Of a stretch of DNA of 64,000 nucleotides, positions 57,401 to 64,000 are shown one piece after another. Origin of the DNA: an uncultured virus (IMG/VR IMGVR_UViG_3300025853_000056) (Duplodnaviria; Heunggongvirae; Uroviricota; Caudoviricetes); IMG/VR virus record IMGVR_UViG_3300025853_000056; one strand, given 5' to 3'. The first letter of the stretch is position 1. Each line of letters opens with the position of its first letter. Under the pieces are notes generated by a model. It was not told the DNA's origin and searched no databases. It saw only the letters and a program-made list of their open reading frames with translations. Made by a program: the position numbers and the translations under genes.

Positions 57401-59483
57401 ATTAAATGCTGAAATTCAAAATACAAATGCTTTAAACGATTTAAATCAAACTGTTCTTCGGTTAATTGGAGTTCAGCTTAGTGGGGATGCAGAAGTTAAA
57501 CAAATTAAAGATTTTGTTAGCTTGCCAAATAATGTTAATGTTGATGACGAAACAATAAAAAGAACATTTGGTGATCAAGCTGCTAATAAATTCTTTGCGT
57601 TCCGTGAGGTAGAAAGTTCTCTTTCTCTTCAAACTGGTACACGTTCTTCAGCTTTAGAGGAGGCTTTGGAGAAACAAAAAGAATCCGGGGAAATAGATAA
57701 AGAAGCTTTAAGGATAGCTGCGGAAAAAGATGGTTGGAGTAAAATGGAGTTAAAAATGCTAGAAGAAGAATTGGAGAATAGAAAAGATGTCTTAGAAATA
57801 GAAAGAAGAATTGATGATACAATAAGAGGAAGAGCTAATGCTAGAGCTAGAGAGGGAGTAGATTTAGGGGGTAATTTTAGAGCTGGTATCGGGGCTATGA
57901 AATCAGAATCTGATGCTATATTAAATAATTTAGCTAGAGAAGCTCCTTCTAGATTTGCAGATGGAATGGCTAACGCTTTAAGTGAGGTCGCTCAAGGAAC
58001 TAAAAGTTTAGGTGACGCTTTCACTGACATGGCGATTGATTTTGGTAGAATGTTGCAGCAGGAAGTTTTCAGGGCTTTAGCTCAAAGAGCTGTTGGTAGC
58101 GCACTGACGGGTTTATTTGGTACGGCAGGTAGTGCTGCTGCGGCTGCAGCCGGTAATATGCGCGGAGGCATCATTAAGGCTCAAAATGGAATGTATATTT
58201 CTGGAGGAAGAACCGGAGATAGAAATTTAGCATTATTGGAAGATGGGGAATATGTCTTAAATAGAAATGCTGTTAGAATGATGGGGGGTCCGAAAGGTTT
58301 AGATAATTTAAACTTTAACATGGCTCCTAGATTTGCTTCTGGAGGAGCATATTCACTTAGACCTGAACAGCAAAGATTAAAATCTGGAGAATTAGATTTC
58401 ACTGGAAATTATATATCTAGTAATTCTGCTGGACGTATCAATGATGATATGTTCACTTCTTATGCTTTAGCTGAAGACAAATATTTTCAAGATAAGAAGC
58501 AAAAAGCAAGAGAAGCTTTAGAGAGAAGAATCCAAAAAAATTATGAGCGAAAAATGAAAAGAGCTCAATTAATTAGTTCTATTGTGGCTGCGGCTGGCAG
58601 TATAATGATGGCGTATGGAGCGTCTGGTATGGCAGCTAGTAGTGCAGCTGGGGCGCAAGGTAAAGCGGCTTTACAGGCTGGACAGATGACTGGGGCGGAT
58701 GCAGCAACACAGGCAGGTTTACAACAGGCTGCTTCAAAAAGTAATTATGCTTTTGGGCAATTTATGCAGAAAAACGCAAATAATATATTGGTAAATAATA
58801 TACCATTAAATACATTAGCTTCCAGCGTAAGTGGAACATTGTCAGAAACTGTATCAGGTTTAAGAAAAATAGGAGCTAATGATGCTTATATAAATAATTT
58901 CTTGTCTCAAGCTTCAGCGGGTCCTGTTGGAAAAGGAGTTAGCGGCATGACTTCAATATCATCTGGTTTATCAAGTCAAGGAATTGTGGCGGCGCAAAAA
59001 GCTTCTAAAGCGGGTTTATTTTCAAGGCTATTTTCTAGTGGAGCTGGTATAGCTTCTGGAATAGGTAAAAGGCAAGTGGGTGGTATAATAGGTTATAATT
59101 CAGGTGGATTTGTTCCTCATGGTTCTAGGTTAAGTGATACAATTCCTGCAATGCTTACTGGTGGTGAATATATCATGAATAATAAAGCTGTTAAGAAGTA
59201 CGGACTGGGAACAATGAACGCTATGAATTCGGGGGCCTACCAGTCTGGGGGTATGGCTAGCAGCACAACTAATAATAATAGTACTAGCAATAATAATACT
59301 AATATATCTGTAAAAATAGATAGGGCTGGCAATTCTGTGTTTGGCGCAGATTCTAATAGCTATGAGCAAAATGATGTTATTATGTCTAAGAAGATGGCTA
59401 AGCAGATTAATTCTATTGTTTTAAGAACTATCAGTAATGAAAAAAGATACGGCGGCGAACTTTCTAAGAATGATCTAGGATGA
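51483..59483 (+). CDS. Tape measure protein (TP901-like core) with inserted domains
   Basis: EFSRQG, LSEGLSRTG, TARGGAVIGNALKTIFTRL core; Ala/Gly helical repeats; DTIPAMLTGGEYIMN C-terminal motif. Confidence 0.92.
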   Translation: MPVQVNVAADQQNLINSIERGVRAYNQRFSKSNTINLNINERGFTQPLGRITGAVNDFESAMAASNARVIAFGASTAVLGTAIAGFRSLAKASIEVEKNLADVNRILQLSTSDLQTFGKELFNISKRTATSFNDASKALLEFSRQGLSAEETLRRTNDALTLTRLAGLGAEASVAALTATVNGFAKSGITTTQVLNKLVAVEQAFAVSARDLSEGLSRTGQAAQEAGVNIDQLNALISAAQQRTARGGAVIGNALKTIFTRLQRSDTLDRLEEFNIAVRDVQGNTLPATTVLQNFAAAYNRLADAQRAQLSEQVAGVYQVNILKAIVSDLNSEQSIYNAALIKGASATNEASRANAQLNQTLSALLVQVGNNTQQLASTIGSVTFEPLAKSAAKAANSIVEAITDVITGEGLGSDLANGLLKGIRNVLAGPGAIAAFYTLFKLVQSSFTYVAQALPQIAGITTETQKRQNLEQAILGILQSENNISKSILGNTGNQKRQAEILLGVARQQTAQYREQLALANSLAGTLRNQGVSVGARGLQAGRTRSGGYIPASTRMAERAGAFAGGYAPGKVVNSPVGGVMNTAEDIKYMPGFAQPFINPPKNSRAGRLHRANAVRQVGVDPYQYRGFVPNFSSLSLGSLSKYKRSKTEIEQYADVEGSNINTRDTLDSGYDKIINFDATKVKGYGKLLTSSATGKASKSFGDKFEKAILKAIKTNNAAAFEGGISQSLRKLQAAHNLKGGFSSAIDFMSADASILAEAKGGFYDDAAGDKPPRAIAENLRRAEFARLFTSQGPEYIDTENILIQNKNFGYGKKQQARLEKNYGNINVDKTYLVKRNKNSGHIPNFAAGYRNPFTGALNNAAIARGIRTGALTEKQAQEMGYATSSSKIGARKAKRAAAVGALNYQMVYVPWDIEGFRGGRSGGRLNIAQGTAYESFILNLLRSGQLKGTTSLGQSFSLPARPDVVSSAALKGGSNARIDGYSLSAGEMYEMKAGGTGNTASGLQDKFIKAIENNPEILNPKRKWKNYIFRTTAAKGRGASGGFIPNLAYKGEVMDLEEFISGQKAIYSETPFPHVRNASQPTFASAIADHGGLGNALKDSYRNQSAAGMVYGGYVPNFAPKGTITAKAAGIDNLSAAGSELQKTFYKLQGAMRKLTQSTDLSTKQRDILRQDLRTYARTIDSATGSTKALDSVNKALANSKKKNKAAVDTNTSATKKNTSSGRGGGGGLLGSGGRTALAFGGPMIAGLIEQAAFGNRQRIDLSENERAVQSTLSTGLTSISTGFAIAGPIGALAGAAVGAASAINAMSLTAEEYTQLADKFNSTTQENAAAAKQYIEAQKSMASSLSGEDFQLASDSAAQALKKIKDVNLQKSFEAAGNDVKKLTESLKTYEQTRLSGLNRANQLALSKQTGEANETGFIASILQLEEFFPTTKRRSGALQNLGYRTDVSETGSITLNEGSRSKVLRDYFQLFDDLSEVTEGELDDFVKLIEEQKSNKFFDTDAVARFFQDVAGLDFVDAQSNADLLDILEDGSNVVGQFIFKNFKSLVDDIKAKDFEVNLGKILSESRGAAADNFNNIFRSINDSFDRISNETLNVLEQARSDQQINKTILDFTTSFTDSISSFVSSNLPDLERYQFAQSAARQKANNQLAQLAQDSDNFEQNQINQRRQALEKNADEISASFEKNLFQSQAVGEIFRDRILPQLKQGNYNINIDEIQKQSQKDAVLEFNKKYFSEYPQVGIFGEVNDVGQLTDNAYGNLSQEEASKRIKKETARIEKQLEYLNRVKGGAEPSYEGSVETAQKQYDKLIQKAKDLQELEKAVGLTQEEKSKAELESLLKRKQDEQKLFEASAANAKKEFELNKALSEQRIKAEETLAVQKARIDEKNLARTRAAEITSSRLGFASNIDQARRREQIALSEDAMNDPRANYGLGLKEITERRIKAEEDIIQQRRAAEDAQLDIEMKQSYLRLNAEIQNTNALNDLNQTVLRLIGVQLSGDAEVKQIKDFVSLPNNVNVDDETIKRTFGDQAANKFFAFREVESSLSLQTGTRSSALEEALEKQKESGEIDKEALRIAAEKDGWSKMELKMLEEELENRKDVLEIERRIDDTIRGRANARAREGVDLGGNFRAGIGAMKSESDAILNNLAREAPSRFADGMANALSEVAQGTKSLGDAFTDMAIDFGRMLQQEVFRALAQRAVGSALTGLFGTAGSAAAAAAGNMRGGIIKAQNGMYISGGRTGDRNLALLEDGEYVLNRNAVRMMGGPKGLDNLNFNMAPRFASGGAYSLRPEQQRLKSGELDFTGNYISSNSAGRINDDMFTSYALAEDKYFQDKKQKAREALERRIQKNYERKMKRAQLISSIVAAAGSIMMAYGASGMAASSAAGAQGKAALQAGQMTGADAATQAGLQQAASKSNYAFGQFMQKNANNILVNNIPLNTLASSVSGTLSETVSGLRKIGANDAYINNFLSQASAGPVGKGVSGMTSISSGLSSQGIVAAQKASKAGLFSRLFSSGAGIASGIGKRQVGGIIGYNSGGFVPHGSRLSDTIPAMLTGGEYIMNNKAVKKYGLGTMNAMNSGAYQSGGMASSTTNNNSTSNNNTNISVKIDRAGNSVFGADSNSYEQNDVIMSKKMAKQINSIVLRTISNEKRYGGELSKNDLG

Positions 59484-60382
59484 AAAACGCAAAAACAAAT
59501 TACGAAAATATATTTTACTTTGACCAAAGGGCTTTATCTGGAGTTCTATCTGTAGATGGTTCTTATAATTTAGCTTATGAGCCAATAAATGTTGTTGGGA
59601 AAGGGTTTTTAAAACAAGTCATGGGTTCTGTGCCTACGGCGAGCATGTCAGTGAGTAGATATATGACTTATTCAGATCCTATATTAAATGCTACTGGCGA
59701 AAGATCAAGATTAGCTATTCCATTTAGCGCCGGTTTGTATTATAAAAATAAATATTTTGCTTTTAATAATGGTTATTTAAATTCTTATGGTGTTAGTTGT
59801 TCTGTTGGTGAAGTTCCATCGATAGAATCTCAATTTGAAATATATGGTGATATAGGGCCTAACTTTAATCCTTCTGGAAATAAAAATGTTGGATCAGTTT
59901 TCGTGCCTCAAGTAAAAAATATAATATTAACAACAAAGGGGTCAACAACAAATAGAATAACTCAATTTAATATTGATTATAATATACCTAAAGTTCCTAT
60001 ATATGGTGTGTCAAGCGCTGATTCTCAATTTCCTATTGAGGTCCATAATATGTATCCAATAGAGGTTACATCTAGCTTTACGATAGAGATAGATGATTAT
60101 GAAACAAAAAGTATTTTTGATGATTTGTCTTCTAGCGCATATTCTTCTTTTTCTATCGATGTGAAAGCATCTATATTAAATAATGTTGGATTATCTGACG
60201 CTGATGGCAATAATCTTATAGATGCTATTGATGAAGAAAATTTTAATTCTTTTGATAAAGGAGATGATCCATCTATATTCACTTTTAACGCTTCGGATGC
60301 AGTTATTGTTTCAGAACAAGTTAGTTCGTCATCAGACGATGTAATGAGTGTAAACTTATCATATAAAACATATTTAAATTAA
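59480..60382 (+). CDS. Putative tail tip/hub protein
   Basis: Directly after the tape measure; beta-rich. Confidence 0.5.
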   Translation: MKNAKTNYENIFYFDQRALSGVLSVDGSYNLAYEPINVVGKGFLKQVMGSVPTASMSVSRYMTYSDPILNATGERSRLAIPFSAGLYYKNKYFAFNNGYLNSYGVSCSVGEVPSIESQFEIYGDIGPNFNPSGNKNVGSVFVPQVKNIILTTKGSTTNRITQFNIDYNIPKVPIYGVSSADSQFPIEVHNMYPIEVTSSFTIEIDDYETKSIFDDLSSSAYSSFSIDVKASILNNVGLSDADGNNLIDAIDEENFNSFDKGDDPSIFTFNASDAVIVSEQVSSSSDDVMSVNLSYKTYLN

Positions 60383-60383
60383 A

Positions 60384-62159
60384 ATGGCTAAATTTACAGA
60401 TTTAACTCCAATATCTGGCCCTAACATGACTAATAGTTATGTTTTTGCGGTTTCCACAAGCTCAGATACAAGATCTTTGAGCTTGGATGAACTAGAGCAA
60501 TCTTTTACAGGTTTGAAAGCCAAAAGTACTGATGGGATCAGTATGTTAGGGAGAACTGTGCCTAGTGGTATAACTGTTGGTGATAACGGGTTTGTTGGAA
60601 TAGATAATGACGATCCAACTTTTTCTTTGCACGTTGGCGATTATAATGGAGTAACAAATCCAGAAATTAGAATAACTGGAGCTAGTTCTTCTAGATCTGT
60701 TGCTGTAACAATGTCTGATTCAGATATTTATTGGAAAAATATTAAAAAAGCTTCTGACTCAGATTATTATATTCAAGTTTCAGATGACGACACTAATTAT
60801 ACTGGAGTTTTTAATATAACTACAGGTGGTAATGTTGGTATTTTTGATGGGTCTTCTGATGTAACAAATAAATTGTATGTAAATGGTGGAGATATTAAAT
60901 TCCAAAGCGGCATTTCTGGTATTATATTTGATCCGGGTAAAGCAGAGATTAAAACATCTGTAGCTTCAGATATTTTTTATATTAATCAGAGTAATACAGA
61001 TGATATCTGTTTAGGTAATGATATATTTTACGTTTCTAATAATGTTTCTTCTCCTGCTGTGGGTATTGGTACGACTTCACCAAGTAGTCCAATAGAAGTT
61101 CACGGTGAAGATACGATTATTAATGTTGCTAATGCGACTTCTTCAAGAAGCAGAATAAGAATAAGCAATAATGTTGCTGTTTCGTTTTTAACTATGCAAT
61201 TGAATAAGTTAAGCATAGGGCCGATAAGTTCTTTAAGCACAAATAATATTGTTTATGATTTATCTAATAGAAGATTAGGGTTAGGATCGACTGCTCCTGA
61301 TAATAAATTGCATATTTATAGTAATACGGATAATAGATTATTGAAGATAGAAGGTAAAGCTTCTTCTGTTTCGGAAGTTTTTCAAACTAATAATTTTAAT
61401 AATGATGAAGTTTCTTATACTGGTCCTAGGCATTCAGTGTATACATTTGCTAGATCTGTCGGGACTGGTCCGACATTTACGAATAATGTCAGCAAATGGG
61501 GTATAGGTCTGTATGACGATGGTGTGGCGGATTCTTATGAAGATGTTTTTGTTTTTAGAGTTGATTCGGATACTTCTTCAGCCTCTTCTATAAAAGCTTT
61601 TATAAATAGAGATGGCGATTTAGATATAAAAGGATCTTTAACTACTGATTCTGATTACACTAAAGGTAAATTTATTCAAAACTATCACACAAGGTGTGTA
61701 TCTAGTGATATTTATATAAATCCATTTGAAGAAAGTTCTTCTACCAGCGCTAACGCTAGTAGCAGCACCGATAACGCTTTTGGGATAGCTCCTTATGCCG
61801 GGACAATTAAAAAAATAAAAATTGTAACAGCTGATACTTCTTTAACGCATTTTACTGCTGGTGCGAGATTTGAAATATCAGTTGTGAACGCTTCTTCTGG
61901 TGGAACCGATGAAGAGTTAGATTGTTTTTCAGATGTTGCTGCTACAGCTCCAACTTCTTTACCGACAAATGGAGTAGTAGCTCAATTCAATTTAAGTAGT
62001 GTGTCTAGCGCTGGGGATGTATTTACTTTTACGAGTTTTTCGGGTGATCCAAGTTTTGCAGAAGGTCAATTAGTTCAATTTAGAATTTGTCAAGCTGGAG
62101 GATCAGCTACAGATATTAATTGTACTATCATGTCAAGTATTTCTTATACAGTAGATTAA
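60384..62159 (+). CDS. Fibre-like tail protein
   Basis: GFVGI/GNVGI/VGIGTTSP repeats. Confidence 0.6.
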   Translation: MAKFTDLTPISGPNMTNSYVFAVSTSSDTRSLSLDELEQSFTGLKAKSTDGISMLGRTVPSGITVGDNGFVGIDNDDPTFSLHVGDYNGVTNPEIRITGASSSRSVAVTMSDSDIYWKNIKKASDSDYYIQVSDDDTNYTGVFNITTGGNVGIFDGSSDVTNKLYVNGGDIKFQSGISGIIFDPGKAEIKTSVASDIFYINQSNTDDICLGNDIFYVSNNVSSPAVGIGTTSPSSPIEVHGEDTIINVANATSSRSRIRISNNVAVSFLTMQLNKLSIGPISSLSTNNIVYDLSNRRLGLGSTAPDNKLHIYSNTDNRLLKIEGKASSVSEVFQTNNFNNDEVSYTGPRHSVYTFARSVGTGPTFTNNVSKWGIGLYDDGVADSYEDVFVFRVDSDTSSASSIKAFINRDGDLDIKGSLTTDSDYTKGKFIQNYHTRCVSSDIYINPFEESSSTSANASSSTDNAFGIAPYAGTIKKIKIVTADTSLTHFTAGARFEISVVNASSGGTDEELDCFSDVAATAPTSLPTNGVVAQFNLSSVSSAGDVFTFTSFSGDPSFAEGQLVQFRICQAGGSATDINCTIMSSISYTVD

Positions 62160-62160
62160 A

Positions 62161-62973
62161 ATGGCTAAATTCTTTAATTATAAAGACATTGATTTTAGAA
62201 TTAATGGAAGCATCTTTTATGCTGAGCAAGTTTCTTTATCTGCTCAAGCTTCCGTTGAGCCTGTTATATTAAGTGATGGAACATTTTTGAATTATGCTCC
62301 AAAGGGAGCTGTTGTTGGGAATTTATCTTGTGATTTTTATTTGAATGGATCATTCCCTTCTTTTTTAGATGTGACTAACACAGATGAAAGCGCCGTGACG
62401 GTTTCTTTTGCGGGAATAACAATAAACAATGTTTTTTTAAAAAATGTGTCTTTTTCTGTAGAGCCATTTCAGCCAGTTTTGATTTCAGCGGAGTTTGATT
62501 GGTATAGTAATATTTTATTTGAAAACATGAAAGAACAATCTAATTCAGCTAGGCAAAGTAAGCCTATACCATCTTATATTGCTCATTCTTATAAATCTTA
62601 TATTGATCAAAATAATTTCTATCCAGATGATCCGAATGATTCTTTAGGTAATGTTGTTTCTTTTTCTTATTCCACTTCTTGTGATAGACCAATATTCTTA
62701 AAAGTTGATCAAACAATTCCTTTTAGATGCGCCAAATTAAATAAAAATATAAGTGTAGATTTAAGCGCGAATAATTTAGGCAAAATAGTAACAACGAAAG
62801 GAAAGAATATTTCAACTATTATTTATTTGAAAGATTTCTATGGGCAAAGTTTATCTACTTTTTCGATCAACGGTGTTATGACTAGTCAGAGTTATAGTGT
62901 TTCTTCTGGAAATTATATGTTAAGTCAGGCTTCTATAGAGAAGATGATAACGGAGGAGAAAGTTTTGGTATGA
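62161..62973 (+). CDS. Putative tail tip protein
   Basis: Beta-rich ORF in the tail-tip operon. Confidence 0.5.
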   Translation: MAKFFNYKDIDFRINGSIFYAEQVSLSAQASVEPVILSDGTFLNYAPKGAVVGNLSCDFYLNGSFPSFLDVTNTDESAVTVSFAGITINNVFLKNVSFSVEPFQPVLISAEFDWYSNILFENMKEQSNSARQSKPIPSYIAHSYKSYIDQNNFYPDDPNDSLGNVVSFSYSTSCDRPIFLKVDQTIPFRCAKLNKNISVDLSANNLGKIVTTKGKNISTIIYLKDFYGQSLSTFSINGVMTSQSYSVSSGNYMLSQASIEKMITEEKVLV

Positions 62974-64000
62974 GTTATTTGATATCAGGATTAAATATTC
63001 AAAATATTAGTGATTATGATTCAACTCAATCGTATAATAAATATGATGTGGTTGATTTTCAGTTGTCTACTGCTGTAGCGTCTTACCCTCAAAAAGGGGT
63101 GGATGGGATTAGGTTTTGGTTTAATAATGAAGCATTATCGGATTTTTCTTTAAATCAAGATTACGATGTTACTTCTTGGACTAATAAGGTTGCAGCAGAT
63201 TCTTATCTAAAGCAGACTTCTGAGGACGACGAAGAAAAGCCTTATGTTGATTTTAATGCTGATTATCTAGAATTGTCTAATAAAGAAAATTTATTTGGCA
63301 ATACTTTTGAGGTTGGAGAAAATATTAACAGTAGAACTATTTTTATTTGTTTTGATCCTGCTCCTTATTCTTATACCACTTTCGATAATCAGACGCTGAT
63401 GCATTTTGATACAAGTAATTCATTTTCTTCTTCTTATGGGAAATTAGAGATAGGAGGTAATGACTCTTTTTCGGATGCGTCTTTTAATACGGATGGAAAA
63501 ATATATATAGATGGTGTCGGTTACGAAGCTTATTCAAAAATTTATAACACTCAGAATATAATTTGCATCACACTCAGCAAGAGTGGAGCAACAAAAAATT
63601 TAAAGTTGAGGCACAATGGAAAACAAATAGCTGATTTAAACACTTTTAATGATAATTGGTTCAATAGCTATTTAAAAATAGGGGGAAATAATGGAAATAT
63701 TGGTATAAAATATTACGACATAATTGGATTTGATGGAGTTTTAACAGAAGCTTTAATTCAATCTTACGAAAAGTATTTGTTTGAAACTTATTTTAATATA
63801 GAAGGATTATTTTTTGCAAAAAAGGATGTTCCGGCTGGGTTAGAAACTTCTCCTTTAGCTGGCGGAGGTGGTACTTTTTATTGGACAAGGAATATAAATG
63901 AGTTATTTAATTTAAGTTATGGTAGCAGTGTTGATTTTTCTTGTAAGTTGTCAACAACTGATTTTGATGATGGTTATAAAAATAGCGTTGCAAGAAATAT
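62970..64000 (+). CDS. Minor tail protein, truncated by the window end (absent from the ORF track)
   Basis: Open frame from ATG 62970 (MSYLISGLNIQ...) to the end; FDDGYKN recalls the lambda gpM-like FGDGY motif. Confidence 0.65.
   Translation, partial: MSYLISGLNIQNISDYDSTQSYNKYDVVDFQLSTAVASYPQKGVDGIRFWFNNEALSDFSLNQDYDVTSWTNKVAADSYLKQTSEDDEEKPYVDFNADYLELSNKENLFGNTFEVGENINSRTIFICFDPAPYSYTTFDNQTLMHFDTSNSFSSSYGKLEIGGNDSFSDASFNTDGKIYIDGVGYEAYSKIYNTQNIICITLSKSGATKNLKLRHNGKQIADLNTFNDNWFNSYLKIGGNNGNIGIKYYDIIGFDGVLTEALIQSYEKYLFETYFNIEGLFFAKKDVPAGLETSPLAGGGGTFYWTRNINELFNLSYGSSVDFSCKLSTTDFDDGYKNSVARN

Larger units (their letters stand above)
1..64000. mobile_element. Fragment of a large tailed bacteriophage genome (early region plus head, fibre and tail morphogenesis)
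   Basis: Terminase-portal-protease-capsid order, tape measure, fibre genes, dense small ORFs, no cellular housekeeping genes. Confidence 0.95.

Noticed and set aside
1..64000. Alternative genetic code or stop-codon reassignment
   Set aside because: Standard code gives dense, full-length ORFs, and TAA, TAG and TGA all end genes.
1..64000. Host assignment
   Set aside because: Heptosyltransferase-like and sigma54-like signals hint at a diderm host, but nothing in the window identifies a taxon.

Overview
A 64-kb AT-rich segment of a large tailed dsDNA phage (Caudoviricetes, probably siphovirus-like: 2666-aa tape measure, no sheath recognised). No tRNA, rRNA, CRISPR array, integrase or replication gene was recognised. 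(1) 1-7.9 kb is a minus-strand early/accessory region of small ORFs, many behind leaderless sigma70-type promoters. It is cut into blocks by five copies of a fixed-geometry element: 25-bp palindrome, 20-bp GC core, 25-bp palindrome, 5 bp, TATAATTTATA. The core occurs in both orientations, and the element also forms an antisense -35/-10 promoter. (2) 8.3-13.6 kb is a glycosylation cluster, including a multidomain protein ending in an Aah/TibC-like heptosyltransferase domain. (3) 13.6-25.3 kb holds PhoH, a phage sigma factor, an ERCC4-type nuclease, terminase, portal, protease/scaffold, decoration protein and major capsid. (4) 25.4-46.2 kb holds three ~2000-aa fibre proteins (Gly-Thr-Ser tracts; GNVGIGTTSP-delimited modules) plus accessory genes. 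(5) 46.2-64 kb holds an inverted neck/tail-tube block, chaperones, a tape measure protein with PD-(D/E)XK-like inserts, and tail-tip genes. A GTGTAA motif precedes seven late genes. All calls come from reading motifs by eye; no searches were run.
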